Counted from the stretch's first letter, positions 31,946 through 50,990 are shown. The stretch is DNA of 64,000 bases from the human T2T-CHM13v2.0 reference genome, Homo sapiens (GCF_009914755.1 NC_060931.1), one strand, 5' to 3'. Notes: generated by a model not told the origin, from the letters alone. Numbers and translations: made by a program.

Positions 31946-32411
31946 TTAAAGCTAGTTAGCGACAATCCTGAGACTAGAACCAAGTCTCCTAACTTCAAGT
32001 CTATCGACTTTCTGCCTCTCAGAAATGTCTTGTTTAGCAATTTCTTTTTCGGCAGAGGCTTCCAATATGAAAACAAGATTTCAATTTTTACCATTACTGC
32101 TTTAGATTTTTCTGCAGTCTTCATTCACTCCTTTGCTATTACTTACTCAAAGCTGGTGGTGGGTGGGTGTGGGATGTACAGAAATATTTCTTGGTTTAGG
32201 TGGGGAGATAAACCTGAATAATGAAGATACGTTTATTTTGCTAAACTAAGGGTTAAAAATTATGCAAGTAAACAAAGATAAATCACAAGGAAGTGTGCCA
32301 TGAAGGACAAAATAAATGTGCCAGGCCAGTGATTCTACAATCACCTTCTAAAAGAATTCTCGTTAGTGGTTCTGGCTGACACATTCTGCTGCTAAATTTA
32401 CAGAAAAAACC

Positions 32412-34132
<1,721 letters not shown>

Positions 34133-34851
34133 TCAGTGGTCAGGGATTCACTCTGGAGGTGAGCTGTAGCTAGGCTTTTGAAAATGGGTAGAACTGATGT
34201 CCCAGGTAGGGCAGAGTGAGTGGATTTTACAAAAAGACCTATTCAATCTTTGTTTCTCTAGTCTATGAAGACCTGCCTGTAGTGGACTTACACAGTTTTG
34301 CGTTGGTGAGGAGGTGGGTTAGGTTAGTGATAGAAGAAGGCAGGGTCTTATCTTTTGCAAAAAGACGCTGCTGTGCAGGTGAGGTTTCTCTGAGTGAAGC
34401 TCTCCTGCTGTACATTACAATCATTCAGATACAAGCCTTCACCCACTTGAGGCTCAATCATGTCTTTCTATGTTTTGATTAAGGGACTGCCTAAGGTAGA
34501 TCCCTATAGTTATTCTAATTCCATTTGCCCTGCCCAGAAAGAATTTGTAGTACATGATATCCCTCATTGTTAAAATATTTAATACTTAAGCAATTTTAGA
34601 GAAAAAGAGCACTTTCCTCTAAATTTTCTTAGTCTTCGTTAATGCATATAGCTTTATTAAGAAAACTGCAATCAATGGATATTTTGGACTATTCTTTGTC
34701 AGCTAACATTCTACATATACGTATCAAATTCCCACAAACTTGCTATTTTAAACTGTTAGGTAATATTCAATCATTAACATGGCGCAGATTATTTAGCTAC
34801 TCTCTTGCTGTCTACCTACTATTTATCTTTAAAAAAAAAAAAAACTGATTT

Positions 34852-35460
<609 letters not shown>

Positions 35461-35776
35461 TTATTTAAAAAGTGATTCAGAATTATTTCCTTGAGGTATA
35501 ATTCCCAAAGTGAAAGGCTGCAGCTTTATAGCTCTTGCTACACATTTCTTTCCAGACCGTGTAACAGAAAGACCAAACCAATCTACTGTGCTAATATTGA
35601 ATATAAGCACCACTCACCTACTTTAGGAAAAACAGAAAATCACTATCAGAACACCCGTGCAGAATTAAGTATTCAATACATCAATAACAACCTCAGTGAA
35701 TGATCTTCAGCCAGCAACCTCTGCTCTCACCCCTTCTGTCCTTTGATCAATAGTAATAATAGTTTAAGATTTTTCA

Positions 35777-36731
<955 letters not shown>

Positions 36732-39497
36732 TGAGGCTCAGAGATACAATGAGTTGCTTAAGGTCACAGAGCTAGAAAACATCAGATCTGGGGATGTTTT
36801 CAGAGCCCCTGTCTTAACTCTGGGCTCTACCACCTTGGAATCCTGGAAGATTCTGCTACAGATAGGAGGAATCTGAAAGAGCCAGCGGGACCTCTCCTTT
36901 CCCACTGTCTGTGGGCATTTCAGCAGGGCACCTGACTCCCCTAGGGAGAGGAAGAAACACTTTTTAGGTGTTAGGCAGCTGGCAGGTACCAGTCAGCAGC
37001 TCATACCATTGCCTAAGACCTCAATCACAAAGAGTTGGGGGGCCCCAGTACCAAAGAAATGAAAAGCCAAATCCTTTTACTTTTGTGCATTTCCACCACA
37101 GGAAGTCCAGGCCAAGGCCTCAGCAGCTGACTGTTTCAAGACCACCTGCTTCCCCACAGCCTCCTTAAACATCCAGGTGCAACTCCAGGGGCAGTCCTGG
37201 AGATCAGCCAAGCAGGGAGCTTGCAGACACCAGCTGTCAGCATCCCAAAAATCTGATAGGCGCGGGGAACCCTGGTGTCTCCAGTTTGCTCCCCTCACTC
37301 TCTGAAGATAAAATCCATCAGGTTCTCAGGCAATCCCATTTCAGTAAAAATTCAGTGTTCCCTTCCCCATACGCTTATTCATGGAGATATTTTCATACTT
37401 GCAGCATCAGTGTCCTGTATTTAAAACCTTAGCACAGATGCCTCATGAATGGCTGAGCCGGCTGCAAATACTCAAGGTGGCTCCCTGCACCATTTTTAGA
37501 AAGAACTTGTTGAGAATTTTCCAATATGGCTTTTAAGGGACTAACCCCCTCCCAATAGACTTTGAGCACCACAGTCGCTTGTGGCCTGCCATGGTTGTGT
37601 AAGCACACTTGGGCTTAGGCCAGCACCTGGCTTACTCACTTGACAGCATGGAGTCTCCTTCAGCCCCCACTTTTGAGGGCAGGTGCTTGGCAAGTCATTA
37701 GCCGGTTTCTATCTTATCAGTGGGTACAATCTGCTTTTGTAGCTGCAGTCAGGATGCTGCCTATAAACACCCTGATTTCCAAGGGGCCTTCTTCCAAAAG
37801 TAAACTGGAGTTGGAGAGAGAGGCAGGGCTGGCACCTTGGCACTGGGAGCCGTGCCAGGAGCCAGGCCAGCTGTACTTACAGCCGCTTGGTGAGGTAACG
37901 ATTCCCCCCAGCTGTGGAAATGGAGACAGACTGCATTTGAGAAACTTGCCCAAAGTCATAAGACTATTAAGTGGAGGAGCTTGGGCTAGAACCTGGGCCT
38001 GTTGTCTCATTTGTCACCATCGTAGTTAGATACTAAACTTACTGCCATGGTGTAAGGGGGGATATTGAATCAGCCTTGCTCAGCAGAGGAGGAAATGAAG
38101 ACACAGGAAAGTCAGGTGATAGGACAGGCTGCGAATGCAGGCAGAGCTGTGCCAAGCAGTTTCCATGCCAGGAGTGCTTGTGAGCTTTTCTGGAGTGCCC
38201 ATTCCCTTCTCAGACTGCAGTACCTCTTTAAAAGATGGCAGGGCTGAGGAGCCGAGGAGGCGTTCCTTAAGCAAAGGTTATGCTAGGTCTTCTTTACCCC
38301 TCTTCACCTCCTACCCACTGCTGGGCAACATGACCTATCTTGGGCACTAAGTTCTTTTGACAAATATGAGTGTGGGCCTGTGGTCTACACTGTTCACACC
38401 AACACCAGCTCAGTTCCCAAATCCCTAGGCTCTGGGATGGTTTCTTCGTCATCTGGTCACCCCATGCACATTCATTCAGTTAGGAGGGAAAGCAGGCTTT
38501 CTTGAGTACCTACTATATATCAGGCACTGTGTAAGCTGCTTTTCACTCACCAGCTCATCTACCCAATAACCCTACCATGTGGTATGATACCGTTAGTTGC
38601 CTTGTTATAGATGGGGAAATTACTATTATTTTTTTTTCTTCTTAGATATCAGATGGGGGAAATTAAAGCTTAGCAAGATTGTGAAACAAGACCAAGGTCA
38701 CGCAGACCTCAGCAGCTGGCAGGAAAGCCCAGGCTTGCCTGGCCCCAGAGCCAATGCCCTTTCTACCATGCCACCCTGCCTGGGATGTTCCTTTCCCTCC
38801 ACGCTTTAGAAATGCAACTGGGATGATTCTTACAAGGGCATTTCCCATTCCAGAGCTGCTGTGAAGTCATGTAACTTAGGATCCTTTTTAACTTTTCCCC
38901 TGTGGTGGCATTCCCCCTTCCTCCTCCTCTTCTATTTGTCATTTATACTAAGGTGCAAATTTCTGGCATCACCACTATTGGGCAGGATCTGGGGAGTCCC
39001 AGGGGCTTTCCAGGGCCCTGAAATACTTCCATCAGCCCCCAGGGATGCCCTCACAAGACACCTAGACTAGCTAAAAGGAAAAACTACAGAAATAGAATCT
39101 GTGGGGAGACAAGCACATGTACACCTTGCCAGCGGTACTTTCAAGGGATTACATTTTTCTGGAGAGCAACCTGGTGATAATAACAGGAACTAAAAAGCAT
39201 CCATAGCCTTTCATCTGGTAATCTGGTAATGTAAGTTTGGAAAATAGGCCTCCAGGAAATATCCCAAAGGGAAAAAAAAAGTTCAAAGATATTCTCAGCA
39301 CTGTTTACTACAGTTAAAAAAAAAATACTACAAGCAACCCGAATAATCCATAATAAAGCAATTGGTAGGAGACAGGTAAGAGAGTTATCTCAACCTAAGA
39401 AAATGTATGCAAAATAGTACACTCACATTCACAAGGAAATTCAAAATGGCACAAATAGTATGTAGAGACTAATCACTACTTAAAGAAAAATATTTGA

Positions 39498-39855
<358 letters not shown>

Positions 39856-40698
39856 TTAATAGGCTCTGTCTTTTTTAAAACTGTTTAAGTTCATCCAAGA
39901 AGATAAAAACAGACAACAACAAAACACTAACATATCCTTAAGCAGAAAAGGTGGAAGAGAGAAAGTAGGTGCCAATACAAATGCAGGAAGGAGACAAAAA
40001 TATGGGTTAAAATGAAACCTATTTCATTCATTCATTCACTCTTTTTTTTTTTTTTTTCTTAGCATTTCCTTGGCACCTACCATGTGCCAGACACTGGGCT
40101 ATGAGCCCTGGGTTATTACAGTGATGATACAATAGGTTGCTGTCACTGCTAGACCTTTGTCATCAGAGGGCTTCCTGTGCTCAGGGGACAGCACTCTCCA
40201 GATCCTGGCTCGCTGCCACAGTTGTCACTCTGAGTGGAGGAGAACGGACGCGGCCCTCAGAAGGCAAGCTGCTGCCCGAAGGACCTGAGTCTGCCGGACT
40301 CCACCTGGAGCCAGAACCACGATCCTCTTCATAACATGAGGCCTTTTATGGCTCTATCTGCTCCCCACTGTCTGGGCCCAGTGGTAGCAGAGGGGTTGAC
40401 AAGGACTCCACATGCATGGCACTGAACTTCTCCATCAGAGTAGCCCCCTCCAAAACCACAAACACACACCGCACAAGTCACATGTGTTTAAACACAGGAG
40501 TCACCACAGCTTTGGTGAAAACTGGGGGCTACCAGCTTGCAGATAAGCTGTTGAATTCTACCTTAGGATGACACAGCTGATATCGCCCCCAGAGCACTGA
40601 TGGGACAGGTATGGCAGACAGCTGGACCTGGGCACGGGGGAGCCACAGACCCCAGGATCTTGGGGAGAAGATCCATGAGCTGGGATTCCCCATATTTA

Positions 40699-41139
<441 letters not shown>

Positions 41140-43208
41140 TCAGTGACCTTTGCCCTGGTGCCTTGAGCTAAGGCCTCATGGCTTGCCAGGCCCCGTGGAG
41201 GGAGGATCCTGGCTGCAGGAGGCAGAGCAGGTGCCAGGCTGCACTTCCACATCAGAGAACACACAGTGCAGCAGCCACTTCTTTACTTTTGGACAGCAGG
41301 GCCAGGGCCCCCAAATCTGTGATTTTTTAAAAGGTCCTGAGGTGATTTTCATGCTCCATGAGCTTCGGGAGTCACTGGAAATGCCGACCAAACATGCTGT
41401 CTTTGGAATCAGAAAGATCTGGGCTCAAATCCCAGCTCTGTCACTCATTAGCTCTGGGACTTGGGGAAATAACTTAACCCCCTGAGCCCCAGTCTCCTTA
41501 CCTGTAAAATGGGGACAATAATACCCACATCATGGAGTTACAACAGGACAGGTGCTCGAGTACACTGAGTCCCTCATCTTAGCGCACATCACACGCTGTA
41601 ATTACTGGTTTACTGGTCTAAGTGTCCTGTGCCTGGACACACCCAGAGGGCAGGTGTCCTGTTTACTCTTTTATCTCCAGCGTTTAGCACAGGGTTTTGC
41701 CCTCAAGAGCACTCACTCTATTCACTGTGGAATAAATGGGTGTTGGGAGGATTGATAACATGTAGAAGGTGGCTACCACAGTGCCAACTCATGGGAGACG
41801 CTTAACATTAAGTTCCCCTGATACATGATAATGTCCATTAAAAACACACACACAGGTAGTAGCTTTCCTCAGTAGGCAGTTCTCAGCCTTATCCCTGCCC
41901 CTGAATTAAATTAGTCCACTTACAAGAATCCTATGGGAGCACACTGTTTAAGGACCACAGGCTGATAAGAGAGGCCACCACTGCTTTATTTCTATCTGTA
42001 CCAGTGTCTACTTTCAACAGCACAGGGCCATGGTCTCTTATAAGAGAAGGTGAAAAGTCTCCACTCACTGCTAAGCTCATGGTGTCGCTCAGAGCCACTC
42101 ACCCCACAGACTGTCGTGGTCCCACAGCAGCCACTAATAACGGAACCATTTCTGTTCTCCTTGGAGTGGCAGTTGGCAGCGGCAAACAGGAAGTTGTCTT
42201 GAAGTAGGGTGTGGTTATGCCCTGTCAACATATGCGTACAGACACATACTTTTTTTTTTTTTTTTTCCTTTCTGGCCCCCTTTTCTCTCCCTTCTTTAGA
42301 AGCAAAAGGTCTGAGTTATTTTGGTGAAAACAAACTTTTTACATGATTTAAGATCAACCATCACTACCACACAAACAAAAACCCAGGACAGAAAGGGGCC
42401 TAAAACACAGCAAAGGGTCTATTTTCCTGCCACCAGTCACTCGCTTGTGGCATTTAGTTAGGAACTGACTGTGTGTGTGAGTGGGTGTGCTTTTTCCCCT
42501 TTATTTCTCTGGGCACACAGGAAACAGAGCCCTAGCTAGAAACCAGCCAGACACGCTGCCCAGCATCCTAGTGAGCCCGTCAGTCCACCTGTGGGCCAGT
42601 CGCCTGCGTTGATTCAGGGCCTGCAGTGTGCATGCACTGGACAAGGACCATCGTGGACAGGAAAGAAGGAAAAAACCAGGGTGCTAGTTTCAAACAATTT
42701 GTACAGTTTGAATAGAAAGGACCCTGAACATGTCTTAACACAAAGTACATATAAAAACAACAAAGAAACACAATGACTGAGTAGATAAGTGCACTGAGTA
42801 GATAATACACGGACATAAACATGGGGCGTTGGGGTTGACACGCCGGGAAGGTTCATTGCAGCTGGCTTCCCGGTGCTCTGAAAGGTGTGCTAGAAAATTT
42901 TCCACTCCACTCCTTCTCAGGCCGGAGGCTGGTGCCTCCAGAAGGGCTGTCCAAAATAGACTGGTCCCCAACCCAGCCTCCTACTCCTGACCTCTTTCTG
43001 AGGCAGCTACTCTCCCCGCTCCCCGCCTCAGCCCTGTCTCGGCTCCAGCTCCAGCCCACAGCCGGAGAGCACTGTCTATGCTAACACTCATTTTGCTAAA
43101 TGCCTCGTGAGCTGCCAGCATGATCTGCCTGCCAGGATCTCTGTTCCGTGACCTGCGCCCAGCCCCACGCCGTCCTGTGTGGCCCTCGTGCCCTGCGCTC
43201 ACACTTAC

Positions 43209-43360
43209 ACATCCCGGGGAGGCTGCCTTGCCGTTTGGATAAGGAGGCTGACACACGCTGGGCAACGCGACTCGTGGTAGTAGATGTTTCCTGGCTCCTG
43301 GATGAGGGCCCTGGCCAGTCAGAACGCACCACTTCCCCTTTAAGAGAGCACGCCCAGACG
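43209..43360 (-). promoter_or_regulatory. ATXN7L1: Candidate internal promoter and alternative first exon A of ATXN7L1 (5' limit approximate)
   Basis: Unique CpG-retaining patch (about 42840-43400). Consensus donor GGGATGT|gtaagt. Upstream motifs: GGGCGTG (KLF/SP), TTAAA and GGAAGT (ETS). No strong acceptor. Consistent with my recollection of a short ATXN7L1 isoform. Confidence 0.7.
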
Positions 43361-43849
43361 AGATTAGGGAAAGGCAGAAAGAAAAGCCCGGAACAGTCAG
43401 GGTTGTATCCTGAATTTGGCAGATGAACTTGGGTATTCCTGAACCACACACACAAGGTGTGGTCAGAGGCAGCAGGCTCCTCAGAGGAGTATCAGAGCCA
43501 GCGCTGTGTGTGCAGGGCTGGGCCTTTCCGCAGCCCTGGAGCTGCTGTCTGTCTGGCCTGGGTCCCCGGTCCCCAGGCAGCCTGAAGACACCTCAGGCCT
43601 TCCCACTCCCTCTTCGCTCAGGGTCTGACCATCTTGATAGGCAGAGTCCACTTCATTACCTAGCACTATGCCTTAGAGAGAGTAGAGAGGTCATTATAAT
43701 GATTGGAAAATACTTTTGTGGGTTGTTGGAACTATTGATTTAAGCAGGGAGATTTCATTCATTCTGGATATTTAGAAAGTTTGGTCCCTGATCTTGGCCA
43801 AGGACAGTAGATTTGGAGGGGGGAGAATGCCTACCAAAACAATGGTTCA

Positions 43850-44090
43850 CAAAGGCCACACGTTATATGAAATGTCCAGAATAGGTAAAACCATAGAGAC
43901 AGAAAGCCGACTTGTGGTTGTCAGGGGCAGGCTGGGAAAAGAAGGCGGGGGGAGTGACTGCTTAATGGGCACAGGGTCTTCTTTAGGGGTGATGGTTGCA
44001 CAACATTGTGAAGGTACTCAATACCACTGAATTGTACATTTTAAAATGGTTAATTTTCTGTGATGCAAATTTCACCTCAATTAAAAAAAA
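43850..44090 (+). mobile_element. L1M 3' end fragment
   Basis: GAAATGTCCAGAATAGGTAAAACCATAGAGACAGAAAG...CACTGAATTGTACATTTTAAAATGGT followed by an A tail. Confidence 0.8.
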
Positions 44091-45269
44091 AACAGTGGCA
44101 AAGTACGCTTTGCGCATCTTTATCTTCTGCTAGGACCTCTCCTGTGTGGCATCCAACATTTCTTTGCAAAACCTGGTTATTACCTGATGAATATTAAATC
44201 AACCTTAGATAAGGGGTACATGCCTTTTAGTAAAAAAAAAAAAAAAAAATTAAACCTTTAAGACACAAAAGTATTCCAAGACTCAGAAGTATGATTTTCC
44301 TGGAGAATTTTGGACTGTGGGGAGACAGCACTCCCTCACGTCATGATCACATACTTCCTCTCATCACACACAAGCTAGGCAGAGCCTACTAGGCATTAGA
44401 GAGATTAGAGAGGGCATTATAATGACTGCCTATGTAAGATGGTCTCCTGTGGGGACCATCCCTTCAGCCACTTGAAAACATAACCAAAGCCAGAGACAGT
44501 GAGTCCCCCGTGGGAGAATTATTCAGGGAGAACATGACTGGACTTCTGGGTTCTTGGCTTCCTTTTCCCCTCTTGTTGAGAGAGTTTCTTCCCAGAATTG
44601 AGGAGAATTCATCAGTTTCAGATTGAGAGGGAGTTGTGCTGGCTGGCAAAGCAGAACTAGTTTCCACAGTTCCATTTGTTTGGAATGTAGTAGGGGGGTG
44701 TTGAGGGGGTATAAACTGACCACCCATCTGACCAGCCCTCGTTTTCAGTCATTTGCAGCTTTGGCTGGAGATTGTCTGTTCCCAACAGTTAGGCTGTGGG
44801 CGTTGTTCCCTGATCCCAGGCTAGCAGGTCAAGGGCCCCTGGGCACATTCCCTTCACCCAGGGGACTGTGGAGTAGAGGCCTGCTGGATGTTGCAATGCT
44901 TAGAAGAAACACAGATGAAAGGGCAGGCCCGAGGCCTGGGAACCTGAGTCTTTCCAGAGAAAAACGTGAGTTGCTTTCCTAGTATCTCTGCAAAGAGTTT
45001 CAGGATGACCTGGAGGACAGAGATGGGAACAGCTACTCTTGGGCCAGCTCTCCCAGAGCAATCTGGACCTTCTAGAGCATTGGCCCCTGCCTCTTGCAGC
45101 CCTGCTCTCCCTCCCTATCTCAGGTGCCCGTGTAGGCTCTTGGTAGCCTTACACCTGAGGTAGCGTAAGTTCTCAGCAAACATGTGGCTTAGGATAATAA
45201 GATGCAATATTTACTCTAGCTTCTGAAGAGCAGCAAGTTTAGAACCGTAACTCTAAATACAAAAACAGG

Positions 45270-47120
45270 CAGGTTCAATCTAATTTAAAAATGGGCAAAG
45301 GGCTGGGCACGGTTGCTCACGCCTGTAATCCCAGCACTTTGGGAGGCTGAGGCGGGTGGATCACGAGGTCAGGAGTTCGAGACCAGCCTGGCCAATATGT
45401 TGAAACCCCATCTCTACTAAAAATACAAACATTAGCTGGGTGTGGTGGTGGGCACTAATGACTCCAGTCACCAGTCATTAGGGAAACGCAGATCGAAATC
45501 ACAGTGAGGTATCATTTCACACCCACTGGGATAGCTGTTAACAAACAATGAAAATAACAAGTCTTGGTGAGGATGTGGGGAAGTTGGATCCCTCGTGCAC
45601 TGTTGGTGGGAATGTAAAATGGTACAGCCACTATGAAGAAGAGTATGGCGGTTCCTCAAAGAATTAAAAATTGATTCAGCACATGATCACACGATCTAGC
45701 AATATCACTTCTGGATATATATGCAAAAGAATTGGTATCTCAAATGTGGGTATACCCACATTCATAGCAGTATTACTCACAATAGTCAAAAGGTGGAAGC
45801 AACCCAAGTGTCTATCAATGAATGAATAGAGAATCCTATAATGGAATGTTATTCAGCCATAAAAAGGAAATTCTGACACATGCTACAACCTGGACAAACT
45901 TTGGGGACACTATGCTAAGTGAAATAATCCAGTCACAAACAGACAAATAATGTATGATTCCACTTACATGAGGTGCTCGAGATAGTCAAATTCATAGACA
46001 GAATGGCGGTTGTCAGGGATTGCAAGGGAGGAGGAATGGGGAGTTATTGTTCAATGGGTATAGAGTTTCGGTTTTGCAAGATAAAGAGTTCAGGAGAGGG
46101 CTGGGCACAGTGGCTCACACCTGTAATCCCAGCATTTTGAGAGGCCGAGGCAGGAGGATCTTTTGAGTTCAGGAGATTGAGAGCAGCCTGAGTAATATGG
46201 CAAAACCCTTTCTCTACAAAAAATACAAAAATTAGCTGGGCGTGGTGGTGTGCACCTGTAGTCCCAGCTACTGGGGAGGCTGAGGTGGGAGGATGGCTTG
46301 AACCCAGGAGGCGGAGGTTGCAGTAAGCCGAGATCACTGTACTCCATCCAGCCTGGGTGACAGAGCTAGACCCCGTCTCAAAACAAAAAACAAAAAACAA
46401 AGAGTTCAGGAGAGGATGGTGGTGATGGTTGCATAACAATGTGAATACACTTAATTCCACAGAACTGTACGTTAAAAATTAAGATGGGTAAGTTTCACGT
46501 TAAGCATATTTCACCAAAATTAATTTTTTAATAAAAAAGTTAAATATAGAATTACCATATGGACCAAAATTCCACTCCTAGGTATATATCCAAAGGAATT
46601 GAAAACAGATACTCACACAAATCCATGTCCACAAATGTTCATAGCTGCTCTATTCATAAGAGCCAAAAAATTGGAAACAACCCAAACGCCCATCCATGGA
46701 TGAGTGGATAAACAAACACTGTGCTACATACATACAATAAAAGAATACTCAGCCATAAGAAGGAATGAAGCATGATACATGCTACAATACAAATGAGTCT
46801 CAAAAACATGATGGTAAATGAAAGAAGCCAGACACAAAAGGTCATATATATATAGTATGATTCCATTTAAATGAAATGTCCAGAATAGGTAAATCCATAG
46901 ATAAGAAAAGCAGATTGGTGATTAGCAGGGGCTGTATGTGGTGGGGGAGGGGGAATAACTGCTTAATGGGTATGAGGTTTTATTTTGGAGTGTGATGAAA
47001 CATTTTGGAACTAGATAGAAGTGGTGGTTGCACAACATTGCCAATGTACTAAATGTCACTGAATTGTTCAGTTTAAAACAGTTAGCTTTATGTTTTGTGA
47101 ATTTCATCCAAATTTTAAAA
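45270..47120 (+). mobile_element. Two tandem L1M 3' fragments with a truncated Alu (45301-45454) and an AluJ (46099-46400)
   Basis: Blocks TGTTGGTGGGAATGTAAAATGGTACAGCCAC, TAGAATTACCATATG...CCACTCCTAGGTATATA and AAATGTCCAGAATAGGTAAATCCATAG. Confidence 0.85.
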
Positions 47121-47553
47121 AAGCCTGCAGAAAGTAAGAGCAAGGATAATCTACAGCAGAACAATTAGTTTCAAGATAACTGAGTTACCTTTAAAACCCT
47201 TTCTGAAATCACTTAAAGGAGGTAATTTTTAAGTTAAAGTAATTAAGGCAGCCAGCAGGATACAGCAAACAGGCACTCTAAGACAGCAGTTCCCAAACGC
47301 TAATGCTACCAATTTGGGTCCACAAAGAAGTGTTAATTTGTCTTAAACAATGTGATACATAAACACACACATGCATACACATGCATATGTACATACAGAT
47401 TTTTCTGAGTTTACATCCTCCCTACCTTTCTGCGTTAGGATCTCCTTTACGTATTGATACTGAAGATAGACTGGTTGTGGTGCTTTGTTACTCTTTAGGG
47501 GGTGTTGTTTTGGTTTTAGTGCCCATACTTCATAAAATAAAACCTGAATTCAG

Positions 47554-47848
47554 GGCCAGGCACAGTGGGTCATGCCTATAACCCCAGAACTTTGGGAGGC
47601 CAGGGTGGCAGATCACTTAAGGTCAGGAGTTCAAGACCCTCCTGGCCAACATGGTGAAACCTTGTCTCTACTAAAAATACAAAAATTAGCCGAGCGTGGT
47701 GGTGCACACTTGTAATCCCAGATACTCAGGAGGCTGAGGCAGAATCGCTTGAATCAGGAGGTGGAGGTTGTCGTGAGCTGAGATTGTACCACTGCACTCC
47801 AGCCTGGGTGACAGAGCGAGATTCCGTCTCAAAACAAACAAACAAAAA
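47554..47848 (+). mobile_element. AluS
   Basis: Full dimer with TSD-like CTGAATTCA. Confidence 0.88.
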
Positions 47849-48559
47849 CCCTCTGAATTCAAACAACTACCACCGCCACTACCAATGCCACCACACACAA
47901 ACACACGCACATGCACACACACGAACACAGGCTCCACTAGCTATTTACAAATGGGACACTGAGGCACAGCTCTTCCTCTTGCCAACCTGATCGTTCATCC
48001 CTGATACAGCCGCCATTTCCATAAAGGAATCATCATTCTCCCATGGACTCAGATCTTAGACCTTGAAGTTGGGACTAACAGACTCTCAACAGGCAAGAAA
48101 AACCCCACAGGTAACCATTCTCTGCAGGCCCCCTTCTTCAGGAGTGCAGTTGCTCATCCACACTCCTGCCCAGGGGCTGCCAGGCATAGCTTCACTGCAG
48201 GCTCCATCTGGGGCGGTGCATCAGGTAAGCAGTGTGCCAGATAAGCGGTGAGCCAGGTAAGTGGTGTGACAGTTTAGTGGCACCTCCCGAGTTCAGTCCC
48301 GACTGTTGAAGAGTTCTCCTTTATGCCAAGCTCCCGTGTAATGACCACTCATGAATCCCATGTCTGCGTTGTGGGAGTCACTATGAACCAGTCTAATCCC
48401 CCTTCCATGGAACATCTTGCCAAATGTTTGTTCCTTGAAACTTCCTTCTCTCAGGCTAAACACCCTGAGATGACTTCTTAAACTATTCTTTACAAAGCAT
48501 CATTTTCATTACTCCCTGATCTTGGTTCTCTTGGCTCCTCTTGTTCTTCACAGACCATG

Positions 48560-49085
48560 GAACTCAGAAGGGAGAGCATTACAGATGGGGTCTGACCAGC
48601 TCCTACAGATCTGTTCTGGACATTATTCTCCTATTAATGCAGCCAGAGATCCAATCTAGATTTTTTATTTGTGATAGCTGCCTCATCCCTAAGTTTTATT
48701 TCACACATTTTGCTGCCAAGCTGCAAATCCACAGGTATCCTTTAAAAATGTCATCTTGTTGGATTTAGTCTACTGCTCCAGTCTGTTGAGATCTTTTTGG
48801 ACTCTGATTCATTAACATAATCTGCTCTCCCTCCCAAATCTACCACCTGAAAACTCGATCGGCCTGCCATCAATGCCAATCTTCTTCCAAGTGCTCATAC
48901 ACAACGTGGAAGAGGACAGGCCCAAGAGGGCAACTCGATACATCCCTCAGTGCAACAGTGGCCTTTGAAAAGCACTCTTGAGATATGGTTGTACCGAACC
49001 ATGTGCCATTCAGGGCAGGTGTCTCATGTGGCCCACATTTCTTCATCTCCCTGGTAGGATCTTGTGGGTGACTTTGACAAATGGG
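48560..49085 (-). mobile_element. Degraded L3/CR1 reverse-transcriptase region
   Basis: ORF 48870..49133 contains LGPVLFHVVYEHLE, similar to the CR1 RT motif LGPVLFNIFINDLD. Confidence 0.6.
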
Positions 49086-49200
49086 ACTAATGATAGGCCT
49101 CCTCTTACTGTTGGTTGTGAAGGTTAAGTGCAAAGTTCTTTAAGCAGGGTATTACACACAATGAGCAGTCCAACACTGCCTTTAGTACAGAGAAGAGATG

Positions 49201-49248
<48 letters not shown>
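49201..49248. repeat. (ATA)16 microsatellite
   Basis: Read directly. Explains the poly-N and poly-Y ORFs. Confidence 0.95.
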
Positions 49249-49251
<3 letters not shown>

Positions 49252-50309
49252 GGTTTTCCAATTCCCAGACAAACTACCTTCCTTATTGGCAACCACATAC
49301 AGACATTAGAAAGCTGTAATCTATAGAAGGAGCACTGACATCCAAGAGCTGGAGTCCAAATCCCGGCTCTCCTTCCAGAATGTCTATGCTCTGAGGTTAG
49401 CAGTACCTCCCCTCTCCAGCGCTATAGCGAAGAGTCAATGACATCAGGCATGTAAAAGAGGTTTCAAAGTTGAGTCAGACTATGCAAACATAAAAGAATA
49501 GTATGCTGATTACTGTTATAAATAAGTCAAGATACCATTTCCATTGGCAGAGACCTCCCTGTGAAGCCAAGGAGGAACCTATAGATGTACTCAGGCTGAC
49601 AGGAGGAACAGGTCTTTCAGCACACAGCAGCTGGATTACTTTGATAATGAGATTCCTGATCTCCTCTCCTGGTAGCAATCATCTCCTCTCTCATCTCAGA
49701 CCAGAGCCAAAGCTGGCTTATAAAGAAAAAGGAGTGGGTCTTCCTACCATATTCGAAGAGGGGCCCCTCAGCCTGTGGGAACACACTTTCTCTCCATGGT
49801 CCCCTTGTTGAGACCAGAACCTGAGTATCAGCAGCAGGGAACCGGTAGGTGATGAAGGGCCGTGAGAGTTGCTTTTAGCTCCCCTATGGCTTGACCCCAG
49901 TCAATCCCTGAGCTTCCATCCTGGATGGTGGTTTCTAAGAACAACTAGGCTTTAGGCTCTGACATTCTCAGGGCAGGCTCTCAGAAACCCTGTTCTCACT
50001 CCAGCTGAGGATGTTGGTGTCTTCAGGGAATAAATGGTCTTCACTAAAAACCAATCTTGGAAACATTTTGCAAAGCATGGTCAGAGGTCACCTGTTGGCC
50101 TTTAGAATCTCAGGATCAAGGATATCCCACAGCAGGGGAAGAAGGAGAGGAAGTGGCATGGCCAAACACATGCCTCTGAGAAGAGAGCAGCATTAAGATG
50201 GGAGGCAATAACTAACATAAATGAATTTTCCTCTCCTCGTCCATCTAAGGTTAGTTTCCCAACTTCCAGGGGGAATGAACACTAAGGGCAGATTAAAAAA
50301 AAAAATACA

Positions 50310-50990
<681 letters not shown>

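Noticed and set aside
49105-49319. Poly-Tyr and poly-Asn ORFs
   Set aside because: Translations of the (ATA)16 repeat.
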